From: a virus
Taxonomy: Duplodnaviria > Caudoviricetes
Reading direction: 5' to 3' (one strand)
Length of the DNA stretch: 28,233 bases
IMG/VR virus record: IMGVR_UViG_3300017955_000003
Coordinates: 1 to 28,233 of that record
The notes under the pieces were generated by a model, which saw only the letters and a list, made by a program, of their open reading frames with translations, did no database searches and was not told where the DNA came from. Shown piece by piece: positions 1 through 8,234 of this stretch; position 1 is the first letter of the stretch; each line of letters begins with the position of its first letter. Made by a program: the position numbers and the translations under genes.

Positions 1-241
1 CGCGTTCGGAGCGAGCCCCCACGTCAGGTTGAACCAGTCAATATAGGGACTGGCCACCATTAGCTGCCCTGTTTCGGGCGGCTTGGTTCCTCCACGATAG
101 CCCCAGCCCCTGTAATATTCAGTGGTTTCCGTCCAAAGCACCCAAGTATCGGGTGCAATCTTGCTCACAGTGTCGGAATCAAGATTGCGGGCCACCCATC
201 TCGATTGAGCCAAGTGCAGAGAATGGGGTTCCCGACAGCAT
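1..241 (-). CDS. 5' end of probable portal protein (runs off the window). Start is TTG 213, or ATG 241 if a 43-nt intron is removed
   Basis: The frame is open from 213 to 1 (...GQLMVASPYIDWFNLTWGLAPNA). It lies downstream of terminase on the same strand. The VxxPYxxxFxxxWGxxP pattern resembles archaeal provirus portal N-termini (from memory, unverified). Confidence 0.45.
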
Positions 242-248
242 TAAGGAA

Positions 249-680
249 CTAACCGAGGTCAGTCAGATTCGGAAGATGATTCCAGATGCCGAGATACTTG
301 TGGTGTCGGACGCAGGTGTGGCCTCCCCGCTTGGCGGTGTTGCAGGGTCGGCAGAGGAACTGGAAATTGCTAGGATTCCCGAGATACTGACGCATCGTGA
401 GTTGCGAGTTCCTGTCCCATCGCGGGAGAGGAGACGGCGCTACGTGGTCTAGCTCGACAGGCGTTGCTCCGCAACAAACACAAATCTTCCCCGTGTAGAT
501 TCTGGCTTTCGTCTTTGCATACCAAGTCTTCATCCCCGCGTTCCGAGCCGCTCGATACTCTGGTGTGCGCTGGTAGTCCTTGAGATGCTCCTGATTCTTC
601 GCCGCCCATTGATACCAGTAATTCCGTTTCTTCTCAGGAGTCAGATATGTCCCATTGGGACCGCCGCGTGGTCGTGGCAT
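249..680 (-). CDS. HNH endonuclease (free-standing, homing type)
   Basis: CVCCG...ELDHV...NFQFLCRPCNTAK motif, basic helical N-terminus, and its own TTTAATA box at 704-710. Confidence 0.85.
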   Translation of the reverse strand: MPRPRGGPNGTYLTPEKKRNYWYQWAAKNQEHLKDYQRTPEYRAARNAGMKTWYAKTKARIYTGKICVCCGATPVELDHVAPSPLPRWDRNSQLTMRQYLGNPSNFQFLCRPCNTAKRGGHTCVRHHKYLGIWNHLPNLTDLG

Positions 681-754
681 ACCGCGTCAGGCATCAATCA
701 GGATATTAAACCAACCGCATAATCAGTCTGCCCACTAGGGAGACCACTCTGAAA

Positions 755-1018
755 CTAAGCCTTGATTGGAACCTTGTCCCTCACATGGCATTTCTTACAG
801 TAGAACAGCAGAGCTTTCGGCTGTTGCGTCCCCTCGGGCTGGTCTTGGGCTAGGATGTCCCACTCGTGGCCGTAGACCTCGCACTGGGACGGAATCTGCA
901 AATCCTGTTGGAGCAGGCAACGAGAACAGGCCCTGAACGTGGTGGTGCGGTTGTCCTTCTTCAGCTCCCCGACGAGAAAATCCCATTTATGGCCGAAGAT
1001 GCGGCAGGCTAGAACCAT
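755..1018 (-). CDS. small Cys/His protein with two CxxxGHxW...CxxC modules
   Basis: CRIFGHKW...CSRC and CEVYGHEW...CKKC. ATG 1018 overlaps the upstream stop (TGATG). Confidence 0.7.
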   Translation of the reverse strand: MVLACRIFGHKWDFLVGELKKDNRTTTFRACSRCLLQQDLQIPSQCEVYGHEWDILAQDQPEGTQQPKALLFYCKKCHVRDKVPIKA

Positions 1019-1146
1019 CAGGTAGACCTCTGCGCCGCAAATGGACACTGGCAGAACTTGGGTGTCTCGTCACATCTTATGCAGAAAATGAACATCCTGT
1101 ATCCCTTGAAAGCGGAATATGTTTCTCTGCCACAAGTGCAGTCCAT
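1018..1146 (-). CDS. 42-aa Cys-rich protein
   Basis: MDCTCGRETYSAFKGYRMFIFCIRCDETPKFCQCPFAAQRST. The stop is coupled to the next ATG. Not in the ORF track. Confidence 0.55.
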   Translation of the reverse strand: MDCTCGRETYSAFKGYRMFIFCIRCDETPKFCQCPFAAQRST

Positions 1147-1171
1147 CGTCACAGGCTAGGAGTAGAGTCGT

Positions 1172-1444
1172 CTATAAAGTTGGGGTGCTCCCGTCTTGGT
1201 TTTTCGAGACAGCTCTCACGTTCCCGAATTGGTCGGTTCCAAAGCTAACGTTTCCTGCGACAAACAGGAGCCCCGGCACGGGGTCGATGTTCGCCGGGTT
1301 GTCCACTGGCACGTTGAAGAAATTGCCCGGCATCGTCACATAGACGGTAGCTTGCCCTGCAATCTGGGAGACCCCTGACGCCGTGAAAGGATTCAGTTCC
1401 GATGCTGGCGAGGGCGAGGACGACACGACAAGTATTCTTATCAA
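1172..1444 (-). CDS. hypothetical protein (start uncertain)
   Basis: 90-aa ORF with typical codon usage, divergent from the gene at 1469. Confidence 0.55.
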   Translation of the reverse strand: MIRILVVSSSPSPASELNPFTASGVSQIAGQATVYVTMPGNFFNVPVDNPANIDPVPGLLFVAGNVSFGTDQFGNVRAVSKNQDGSTPTL

Positions 1445-1468
1445 GAGGGCATATCAGAACTAGCCTAG

Positions 1469-2089
1469 ATGGCAATCCAGATTCCGAGCGGCCTCATCAC
1501 TTCTGCCTCGGGGGCCGCAGGTGCGGAACTCATCGCCTTCCCGCAGCCGGTCGTCCTCGTGGGAGCCCTCGGGGCGTCTGCGTCGGGCAACAACACGATA
1601 ACCCACTACTCGGGAGCCCTGAACGTCAACATCTCGGGCGGTTCGCTTGTCACCAACATCATCTCATCGGGCGGGACGGTCCTCACGCTACCAGCCTACC
1701 AGTCAGGGACCTTGGTGGCCCTCTCGGGAATCAACGCGACCGTCATCAGCAGCTCAGGCGGAGCCGCTGGCGTCTTGGCCTTCCAGCCTGTCGGATACTC
1801 CTACCAACTCGTCTCGGGAGCAGGAATCTTCAACATCCACAGCGGGGCTGGCTTCCTCCACACAATCAACGTCACCAACTGGTGCTCGGGCGGCGTCATC
1901 ACGGTCTACGACTCCCTCTCAGGGGCTGCAGGGAACGCGATAACAGGCTTCGGCCTCTCAGGCGCCACGGCGGCGTCCAACCAGGCGTCCAGCCTGAGAT
2001 ACGACATCCTCTTCACCAGCGGCCTCGTGGTCAGCTCGTCCGGCGTGACATGGAACGCCTCGGTCGCGTGGAGAACAGCCACCAGCTAG
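1469..2089 (+). CDS. Ser-Gly-rich putative virion protein
   Basis: Strong C-ending codon bias. Shares LNVNISGG and PAYQSGTLVALSG with the 13649-15031 protein. Confidence 0.75.
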   Translation: MAIQIPSGLITSASGAAGAELIAFPQPVVLVGALGASASGNNTITHYSGALNVNISGGSLVTNIISSGGTVLTLPAYQSGTLVALSGINATVISSSGGAAGVLAFQPVGYSYQLVSGAGIFNIHSGAGFLHTINVTNWCSGGVITVYDSLSGAAGNAITGFGLSGATAASNQASSLRYDILFTSGLVVSSSGVTWNASVAWRTATS

Positions 2090-2147
2090 GGCGATGAAGA
2101 GAGGCTTTTCCATAACTTTCACTCTCCGAGCCTAGAAGAATCCCTAG

Positions 2148-2173
2148 CGTAGCGTTAATATAACGTAGCGTTA
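2148..2173 (+). promoter_or_regulatory. TATA-like box TTAATATA flanked by direct repeat CGTAGCGTTA
   Basis: Repeat copies at 2148-2157 and 2164-2173, TATA at 2155-2162, upstream of ATG 2198. Confidence 0.55.
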
Positions 2174-2197
2174 GTAGGTATAGAGGGGTAGAGGAAG

Positions 2198-2578
2198 ATG
2201 AGCGTCGGTTCCGCGTTGGTTTGCGCCATGAGAGAGAGTCATCTGACTGCTGGCGCGGTTCTCTATTCAGTCTTGAGAGATGCCACCCGACGCGAAGAAT
2301 GGGACTGTAAAGACAAAAGACCCCATCACACTCACACTTTCGAGGGTGCGACAGATACGATAACCGATAAACAACTTGAGAAGGACTTGATGATTTTCGC
2401 GTCGTCTTGTTGGTTCCTATGGAAAGGCCCTCAAATATCCAAGCGAGATTACGCCTCCATGACGAAGGGACATTCCCCGCCAGCATGGGTCAAGAAGGCA
2501 GGTATCCCATATTCTTCAGACGAAGCCACCAAGAAATACGCGGCCAAGTTCGGCGTGAAGACGGTCGTAGGATATTGA
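2198..2578 (+). CDS. hypothetical protein
   Basis: 126-aa ORF with GAGG RBS, first gene of a coupled three-gene unit. Confidence 0.65.
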   Translation: MSVGSALVCAMRESHLTAGAVLYSVLRDATRREEWDCKDKRPHHTHTFEGATDTITDKQLEKDLMIFASSCWFLWKGPQISKRDYASMTKGHSPPAWVKKAGIPYSSDEATKKYAAKFGVKTVVGY

Positions 2579-2697
2579 CAACCCCTCACGGCAACCCCCG
2601 CAAGTATCCACCAGTCGAGTGCCCCAAGTGCGGCGAGAAGGTCGGCGCGTCCTATCTGCCGAGGCACATGAAGAGGGAGCATCCTTCCGATGCCTGA
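2575..2697 (+). CDS. 40-aa C2H2 zinc-finger protein
   Basis: TTG start overlaps the previous TGA. Sequence VECPKCGEKVGASYLPRHMKREH. Confidence 0.7.
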   Translation: MTTPHGNPRKYPPVECPKCGEKVGASYLPRHMKREHPSDA

Positions 2698-3286
2698 TAG
2701 ATTCCACGACAAGATATGCGCCATCTGCTACAAGACCTTCACTCCGACTGGGCATAACCAGAAGTTCTGTCGTAGGTGTATGAACTGGCACGACCCAGAG
2801 CACAGGCGTCAATATCGCAAAAACTACCACGAGGCTCACAGGCCGAGGGCGAAATGGATTGCCAGACGATACAACCAAAAGAAGAAGGAAATCGTCATCC
2901 AGCACTATTCGCCCGACAAGGTGTGTGTGCGTTGTGGATTCTCCGACATGAGGGCGTTGTCCATCGACCACATCAACGGAGGTGGGGTTAAGCATCTGAT
3001 ACAACTCTTCGGTGCCAAGAGAGGCGGGAGAATCTTCTACGAATGGCTAATCGAGAACAATTTCCCCGAGGGGTTCCGAGTTCTCTGTCTGAACTGCCAG
3101 TTCATCGTGATGGCGGAGAAAACTGAAGCCCAACTACAGGAAGGAAGCATCAAAAGAAAAGAGGTTCGGGGTAGGTTCGTTCTTCGAGCGGGGTCTTCAT
3201 CCAAGTCTTGTCAGGAACAAACATCTGATAATCCGACCAGCTCTCGTCAATATGAATATCCTTCACAGCAAGAGCAAGAGCCGTAA
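2690..3286 (+). CDS. HNH-type endonuclease with N-terminal Zn finger
   Basis: CAIC...CRRC, CVRCG...LSIDHINGGG...VLCLNCQ. Overlaps the terminase nuclease 3' end convergently. Confidence 0.8.
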   Translation: MPDRFHDKICAICYKTFTPTGHNQKFCRRCMNWHDPEHRRQYRKNYHEAHRPRAKWIARRYNQKKKEIVIQHYSPDKVCVRCGFSDMRALSIDHINGGGVKHLIQLFGAKRGGRIFYEWLIENNFPEGFRVLCLNCQFIVMAEKTEAQLQEGSIKRKEVRGRFVLRAGSSSKSCQEQTSDNPTSSRQYEYPSQQEQEP

Positions 3287-3821
3287 ATAAATCGTCGTGC
3301 ATTCCCGTCTTGAATATCTCAATCTCTGGGTTCGACATGTCCTCCCTCACCACCTTGGCCTGAACTTGTTTCATCTCGGTTATCAACTCTGAAAGGGTGC
3401 GGTTGTAGACTTCATCCCCCTTGCGGCGGGCGAACTTCAGCCTCCCGAAAGCATGGAGCACCTTCACCTTGCCGACAAGCTCCCGCTTCCTCTGGTTGGT
3501 GAACACGAAGGGCTCGACCCTAGCGTCAGGTAGGAGCGTTTGGAGATACTTGGCTGGCTCAGAACCTACCCCTGTGGCGTCAGCCGCGAACGTGGTCACG
3601 GTGCCGTTCCATGAGCCGTCCTCGTCCGTGTGGGTCGAAACCACCGACTTGTAGAGCCCCACCACAGTCTCCACCACTGTAGGGTAGCCAGTCCCGAGAG
3701 GATACTTCACGAGGGCCTTCACCACGGCCTTCTCGCCGACCTCGACCAAGCAGAGCGCACTATGGTCTTGGCGCTGTCCGAAGTCCAATCCGATTCTGAA
3801 ATCCCGCTCTCGGGCGCTCAA
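3150..3821 (-). CDS. terL: terminase large subunit, RNase H-like nuclease domain (separate gene)
   Basis: IGLDFGQRQDHSAL, ADATGVG and HDDLFTALALA acidic motifs. TTG start overlaps the TGA of the ATPase gene. Confidence 0.85.
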   Translation of the reverse strand: MSARERDFRIGLDFGQRQDHSALCLVEVGEKAVVKALVKYPLGTGYPTVVETVVGLYKSVVSTHTDEDGSWNGTVTTFAADATGVGSEPAKYLQTLLPDARVEPFVFTNQRKRELVGKVKVLHAFGRLKFARRKGDEVYNRTLSELITEMKQVQAKVVREDMSNPEIEIFKTGMHDDLFTALALAVKDIHIDESWSDYQMFVPDKTWMKTPLEERTYPEPLFF

Positions 3822-4699
3822 ATCAGTTCCACGTCTCCCTTGGGGCCTATGACCTTCTGAATCTGCTCCATCTGGGCTGAAAAGACGTTCTCGTTCTCGT
3901 CGATGGAGTCCTTGAGGGCCTGCTCCGGGAACAGGGAAGAGACATCGTCCAAGAAGATGCACTCATACTCTTGGTTCACGAAGGCGTCGCCATACAACTG
4001 CCGTCTCTCCTGGATGCGCTCCTTGCTGATGCGGGGGCAGTCGGCCCAAGTCACCCTGAAGTGCCTGTAGCGCGGGTTCGTCTTCCACTCCCTGCAGAAG
4101 AAGCCGTCTGTCCCGTTAGGCGTGGATGCGAGAATCAACTGCCCCTGAGAGACCTCCATCATGGGGTCTATCGCCACAAACACCTCGTCGTCCACCCACC
4201 CAGCTTCGTCGATTATCACCAGAGTAGGTGCCGAAAAGCCTCTGACCTTCTCGTTGGCGGGCAGGGCTATGATTCTTGAGTGGTTGGCGAACTCCAGCGA
4301 GGTCAGGTTCTCCGTGAGCAGGTTGCAGGTCAGGGAGCCTCCGTATTTCTTCCTGAGATACTTGTCGTAGCCCCTCACCAGCTCCCGCACCTTGCGCAAG
4401 TCCTCGTTCGACTGTCGCTGTTCAGCCACTATCAGCACCAGGCAGTTCTCGTTCACTAGGGCCGTCCACAGGGCCTTCACCGCTAGGATGCTACTCTTCC
4501 CTGATTGGCGCGAGCAGTTGAGGATGGCGAACCGCTCGCTGAACTTCAGGACCTCTCGCTGCCAGCCGTCTATATTCTTCCAGCGCCAACTCTCAAGAGT
4601 CACCCTAGCCGCAAAGAGTTCGGGGTCAGCAAGAACCATCTGTTCTCGCTCAATCGGCGTCAAATCGGCTTTTCCTCCTGCCCTTCTTGGTCGGCGCAC
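3818..4699 (-). CDS. terL: terminase large subunit, ATPase domain
   Basis: Q-motif WQ, Walker A SRQSGKS, Walker B LVIIDEA, motif III ASTPNG, and QEYECIF. Confidence 0.92.
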   Translation of the reverse strand: MRRPRRAGGKADLTPIEREQMVLADPELFAARVTLESWRWKNIDGWQREVLKFSERFAILNCSRQSGKSSILAVKALWTALVNENCLVLIVAEQRQSNEDLRKVRELVRGYDKYLRKKYGGSLTCNLLTENLTSLEFANHSRIIALPANEKVRGFSAPTLVIIDEAGWVDDEVFVAIDPMMEVSQGQLILASTPNGTDGFFCREWKTNPRYRHFRVTWADCPRISKERIQERRQLYGDAFVNQEYECIFLDDVSSLFPEQALKDSIDENENVFSAQMEQIQKVIGPKGDVELI

Positions 4700-4904
4700 C
4701 CACGGCTATGTCCTCGGTCTGGTAGCCCTGCTGATGCAGTTGGTGAAGGCCCTTCTCAAGCAACTCCGTGAACCCGAGCAGTTGGTTCCTCAGCTTCAGC
4801 CTGATTTCCGGCTCCGCGTCGGCCATCTCAGCCTCGACCGCCTTGATGTTCTGGTTGCAGTATGCTACGAGCTTAGCGGGATTGTCGATAAGTTCTGCCA
4901 TCAT
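4650..4904 (-). CDS. probable terminase small subunit
   Basis: Small helical protein immediately upstream of terL. Call rests on position only. Confidence 0.45.
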   Translation of the reverse strand: MMAELIDNPAKLVAYCNQNIKAVEAEMADAEPEIRLKLRNQLLGFTELLEKGLHQLHQQGYQTEDIAVGAPTKKGRRKSRFDAD

Positions 4905-5352
4905 CTATCCACCTCCTTGCGCCACGCTCGTATTCATAGATTATGTTGCAGTTAGCGCATCTCAAATCCACATCGTCTGTTGTCCGCGTTCCTAAGACTA
5001 TCCCGCGATAGATATGGGTGCTCCCAATTCGCTTCAACTCCTTCAGCCCACCTCCGTTCTTATGATTGACTTGAAGCACTCTAGGGTCGGTCATTCCACA
5101 GGCTACACACTTGCCGCCAAGTTTCGCTATCACCGCCAATTTCAGACGAACTTTGGATGCAGTTTGGATGGTGCTGTAGCGTTTGAGGTCCAAATGCCTC
5201 AGCGCATGATTGTATGCCGTATTCAGTCGTCTACATTCAGCACAACCATTCTCCCGCTTGTTGTGATTGGGACAGTGGTGTGGTAGCCCTGTCTTGCTCC
5301 AACGCGCTCCCTTCGCACCGCCATACTGGGGCGTTCCTTTCGCTCTAGCCAT
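4873..5352 (-). CDS. HNH-type endonuclease
   Basis: LGGKCVACG...LQVNHKNGGG...LRCANCN, same family as 2690-3286. Confidence 0.8.
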   Translation of the reverse strand: MARAKGTPQYGGAKGARWSKTGLPHHCPNHNKRENGCAECRRLNTAYNHALRHLDLKRYSTIQTASKVRLKLAVIAKLGGKCVACGMTDPRVLQVNHKNGGGLKELKRIGSTHIYRGIVLGTRTTDDVDLRCANCNIIYEYERGARRWIDDGRTYRQSR

Positions 5353-5380
5353 TGACGACCCCACAGAGTCATCAACAAGC

Positions 5381-5388
5381 TATATTAA
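5381..5388. promoter_or_regulatory. bidirectional TATA-like box TATATTAA
   Basis: Lies about 23-28 nt from divergent ATGs at 5352 (-) and 5412 (+). Confidence 0.6.
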
Positions 5389-5411
5389 CCATCGGTTCCA
5401 AGACACAGCTT

Positions 5412-5627
5412 ATGGCTGGAAAAGAAAGACGAACCCGTTGTGACTGGTGTAAGGCGATGTTCCATGAGCCGACGAATCCAGACACAGCGACTGTCACATT
5501 CAAGACGGCGACTGGATGGACAATCAAGAAAGTTCATTCACAGGAATGTCTCGAAGCGGTTGTCAAGGATATACCACGTTATCGGAAGGCAGTCTTGGCT
5601 ACATGGTATAGAGAAAGGGAATCCTAA
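5412..5627 (+). CDS. small Zn-binding protein
   Basis: CDWC...HSQEC, with a leaderless ATG after the TATA box. Confidence 0.6.
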   Translation: MAGKERRTRCDWCKAMFHEPTNPDTATVTFKTATGWTIKKVHSQECLEAVVKDIPRYRKAVLATWYRERES

Positions 5628-5635
5628 TCGGGTCG

Positions 5636-5854
5636 TCAATCAGTTCGGCGGCCAACTATGGCACAACTCCCGCAGATGAGAGGCTTCTCAGGGCCACAGT
5701 AATCGTCGTCAGTCTGGAAATACATCTTCGTCTTGTGGCAGATGCTACATTCATGGTGATGGAGAAGCGGATGGTTTTCGGGGCACTTTTGAAACGCCTC
5801 TTGCGCGTCGGGATAGAATCTCTCGCATTTCTGGCAATATCCATCTTCTACCAT
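5636..5854 (-). CDS. small Cys-rich Zn-binding protein
   Basis: CQKC, CPENH, CSIC and CGSC motifs. Coupled to the GT4 stop. Confidence 0.65.
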   Translation of the reverse strand: MVEDGYCQKCERFYPDAQEAFQKCPENHPLLHHHECSICHKTKMYFQTDDDYCGPEKPLICGSCAIVGRRTD

Positions 5855-6951
5855 CTACATCCCCTCTGCACAGACTTAAGCGTCTTTTCCAGCCGTTGCG
5901 CTATCGGACCTCGGGCAAACCTCTCAGCACTCGCACGGCAAACAGCAGGGTCGAATCGGACAGTCCCGTCCATCACCTCGGTCACCCGCTTCACGGCCTC
6001 GTCGATGTTCTTGATGATGAACCCTGTCACGCCGTCCTGAATTGTGTCAGAAAAGCCCCAGCTATCAGCCGCAATCACTGGAGTCCCAGCCGCGAGCGAC
6101 TCGACAGCCTGCATCCCGAAGACCTCCTGATAGCCCCCATCGACGAAGCAGAGCGTCGCCTTGGCGTTCTGGAGCAACTTGACCCTCTCAGCATCACTGA
6201 CTAGCCCATGATAGACCACGTTCGCGCTCTTGGCACAGCGTTGCTTGACCATGTTGACATATCCTTGGTCTGGAACCAGCGTGGAATCGTCCCCAGCGAC
6301 ATCTCCCTTGGCCTTCGTCTTCTCGCAGACATCCAAGAAGTAGTGTATCCCCTTGGTGGGCATGACCCTGTTGAGCGACAGCAGCCTCTCCGACTTGTCC
6401 CTCTGCATCGGGATTGCGTCTACATCGACGGGGTTCCACTGTGTCCTCACGGGGATGTGCAACTGCTGGGACAGGAACCTAGAATGAGCATGAGACACTC
6501 CAAGGAACAGGGGGAAGTCACGCGGAGGCTTGACGTTGTAGCTTTTGACCGAGTGGTTCACCCCGAGGATTTCGTCCTTCTTGCTGGTGTAGCTCCACTT
6601 GGCCCACGAGGCGTCCAAGACGGCGTCGAACTCTGGGAGCCTGTCCCTGTAGAAGCCATAAGCCTCTTCCTCGGCGCTTCGCCAGCCGTTCCAAACTCTA
6701 TCTGCTTTCGCATAGCTCTGCCTCTGTGCGTCGTTCAGCTTGTTCCACGGCTCCACGGTCTTAATCATGGAGACGCCCTCGGGAGGCTCGGAGTCCTTGG
6801 TGGCTACCAGCGTGACATCGTGGCCTAACTCATGGAGGCCCTTAGCCTCCTCATAGACGACCCGTTCTAGTCCTGCGGGTAGGTTTGCCTACTCTCCGTA
6901 GCTAGTCGGGGGCGTCCTGAGGGCCATGCTACTGATTAGCAGTAGCTTCAA
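5848..6951 (-). CDS. GT4 (GT-B) glycosyltransferase, 360 aa after removal of a 21-nt intron
   Basis: TTG 6951 gives MKLLLISSMALRTPPTSYG|GLERVVYEEAKGLHELGHDVTLVA. The C-terminal part has RVMPTKG and EVFGMQAVESLAAGTPVI. Confidence 0.88.
6873..6893 (-). other. BHB-type micro-intron (21 nt) in mRNA
   Basis: AGTAGGCAAACCTACCCGCAG contains an in-frame TAG and a GTAGG/CCTAC stem. Removing it restores YGGLE. Confidence 0.8.
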
Positions 6952-7477
6952 GGGGAACCGCCTTTAGGTTCTGAAGGTCTCCGAGTGTGAGTTCTTCGCA
7001 TCCTGATTCATACGGGGACTTGATGATGTATTTATCCAATCGAGGACGGATATAGAGGACGCGCCACAAGAGGCCCAAATCCTCAGCAAGCCTGAGATGC
7101 CACCTGTGCGAGTCTTGGTGAGTTCGCATGGTTATCTGGAATACCCAGACTTGACTCGACTCGTTCTCCGCCCGAATGTCGAAAGGGCTGGTCTTGAAGT
7201 AGTCTAGCCGTCTGACATTATGATAGCCCTCGGCTTCGAGAACCTTGACAGCGACCTTCTCAGAGTCTACCCAATGTAGATTCCGCCATGTCCCCTTCTC
7301 TCCACCGACAACGCCCCAGAGCCGTTGAATCTCTCTCCTGCGGGCTAGCCTATGGTCGTGCGTGTTCTCTGCTAGGTGAGCTTTGTTCTTCTCGTAGTAG
7401 TCCTTGGCGTAGACCTTGTGTTCCTCTCGGTGAGCGTCACGGTAGCGTTTGTCTCCAGCCTTCTTGTCGTATGGCAC
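6929..7477 (-). CDS. PD-(D/E)XK-like endonuclease with homing-type basic N-terminal arm
   Basis: SEKVAVKVLEAEGY...PFDIRAE...VFQIT. Own TATA-like box at 7500-7507. Confidence 0.6.
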   Translation of the reverse strand: MPYDKKAGDKRYRDAHREEHKVYAKDYYEKNKAHLAENTHDHRLARRREIQRLWGVVGGEKGTWRNLHWVDSEKVAVKVLEAEGYHNVRRLDYFKTSPFDIRAENESSQVWVFQITMRTHQDSHRWHLRLAEDLGLLWRVLYIRPRLDKYIIKSPYESGCEELTLGDLQNLKAVPLEATANQ

Positions 7478-7552
7478 ACCACACTCTCTAACCCTCCACT
7501 AAATTAACCCTTATCTATTGAGTGTGACAAGGGTAAGGAGGTGGATGAAACT

Positions 7553-7717
7553 ATGAACTGCCCCAAGTGCGGTCGGCCTCATAGGTGCGGGGCTATTCGG
7601 TTCAAGTCGTGGAAACACCTGACTCCCCATCAATGCCGAATCTGTGGATTCCAATGGGCAGAGATTGACGGACAGATGCTGGACGCAGGAACTCGGTTGC
7701 CTCTAATCGTAGTATAG
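7553..7717 (+). CDS. 54-aa Zn-ribbon protein
   Basis: MNCPKCGRPH...HQCRICGFQW with a GGAGGTGG RBS. Not in the ORF track. Confidence 0.65.
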   Translation: MNCPKCGRPHRCGAIRFKSWKHLTPHQCRICGFQWAEIDGQMLDAGTRLPLIVV

Positions 7718-7736
7718 TCTCAAAACGTCAGCCTCC

Positions 7737-8234
7737 TCACTTGGTGCCCGTCTGCCCAGCAGGAGCGGAGCTTGGCGCTGTCTCTGAGTTCGATGTCGAT
7801 GGACTCGGTGTCACAGCGGAAGTGGACTGCCCTCTCTGTAGTGCGGCGCGCTTCTGCTTGCGGCGCTCCTTGCTGTCCAGCTTCGGGACTGGGACTGACG
7901 ACATGATTGCCCTTGGCTCGCCTCTTACGGCTTCTATGCTCAACCAAGACCAGCCACCCGACTCGATGGAGCGGAGGATATAGGTTTCCCAGCCGGCGGC
8001 TTCGAGGTGCTCCACCAAGAGGTCGGCGTCGTAGAACCGCTTATGTGAGGGATTTTTCATCGGGGCCAGTTGAGGGGGCCAGTTCCACTCGTTAGGAACC
8101 ACTATGACCAGCCTTCCGGTAGTGACGGCCTTCAAATCCGCAACAGGGTCGTCGGACTTCTGCAAAAGTTCATCGGAGATGGTCATGTCTACTTGGTTCG
8201 CAAATTGCCCGAGATACTGCTCTTTTGGAGTCAT
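7737..8234 (-). CDS. methyltransferase-like fragment protein
   Basis: ELLQKSDDPVADLK...GRLVIVVPN...HKRFYD resembles the C-terminal half of class I SAM methyltransferases. No GxGxG motif. Confidence 0.5.
   Translation of the reverse strand: MTPKEQYLGQFANQVDMTISDELLQKSDDPVADLKAVTTGRLVIVVPNEWNWPPQLAPMKNPSHKRFYDADLLVEHLEAAGWETYILRSIESGGWSWLSIEAVRGEPRAIMSSVPVPKLDSKERRKQKRAALQRGQSTSAVTPSPSTSNSETAPSSAPAGQTGTK

Noticed and set aside
120-754. Group I intron enclosing the first HNH gene
   Set aside because: A P4-like stretch (AATGCTGTCGGGAACCCC) exists, but I found no convincing P7 elements or 5' exon on the same strand.
2090-2150. Orphan duplicate of the terL 3' end (EKPLFI versus PEPLFF)
   Set aside because: The match is too short to distinguish from chance.
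3822-3962. N-terminal extension of the terL nuclease ORF given in the ORF track
   Set aside because: It overlaps the ATPase in another frame with non-protein-like sequence. TTG 3821 is the better start.
4575-4600. GACTC-TTGA-GAGTT hairpin in terL as another micro-intron
   Set aside because: No 4-bp central helix forms and the reading frame is uninterrupted.
6889-6891. Amber readthrough, stop-codon reassignment or pseudogene in GT4
   Set aside because: TAG ends many genes here. Readthrough would insert 7 residues into the conserved YGG motif, whereas BHB splicing restores it exactly and the rest of the gene is intact.
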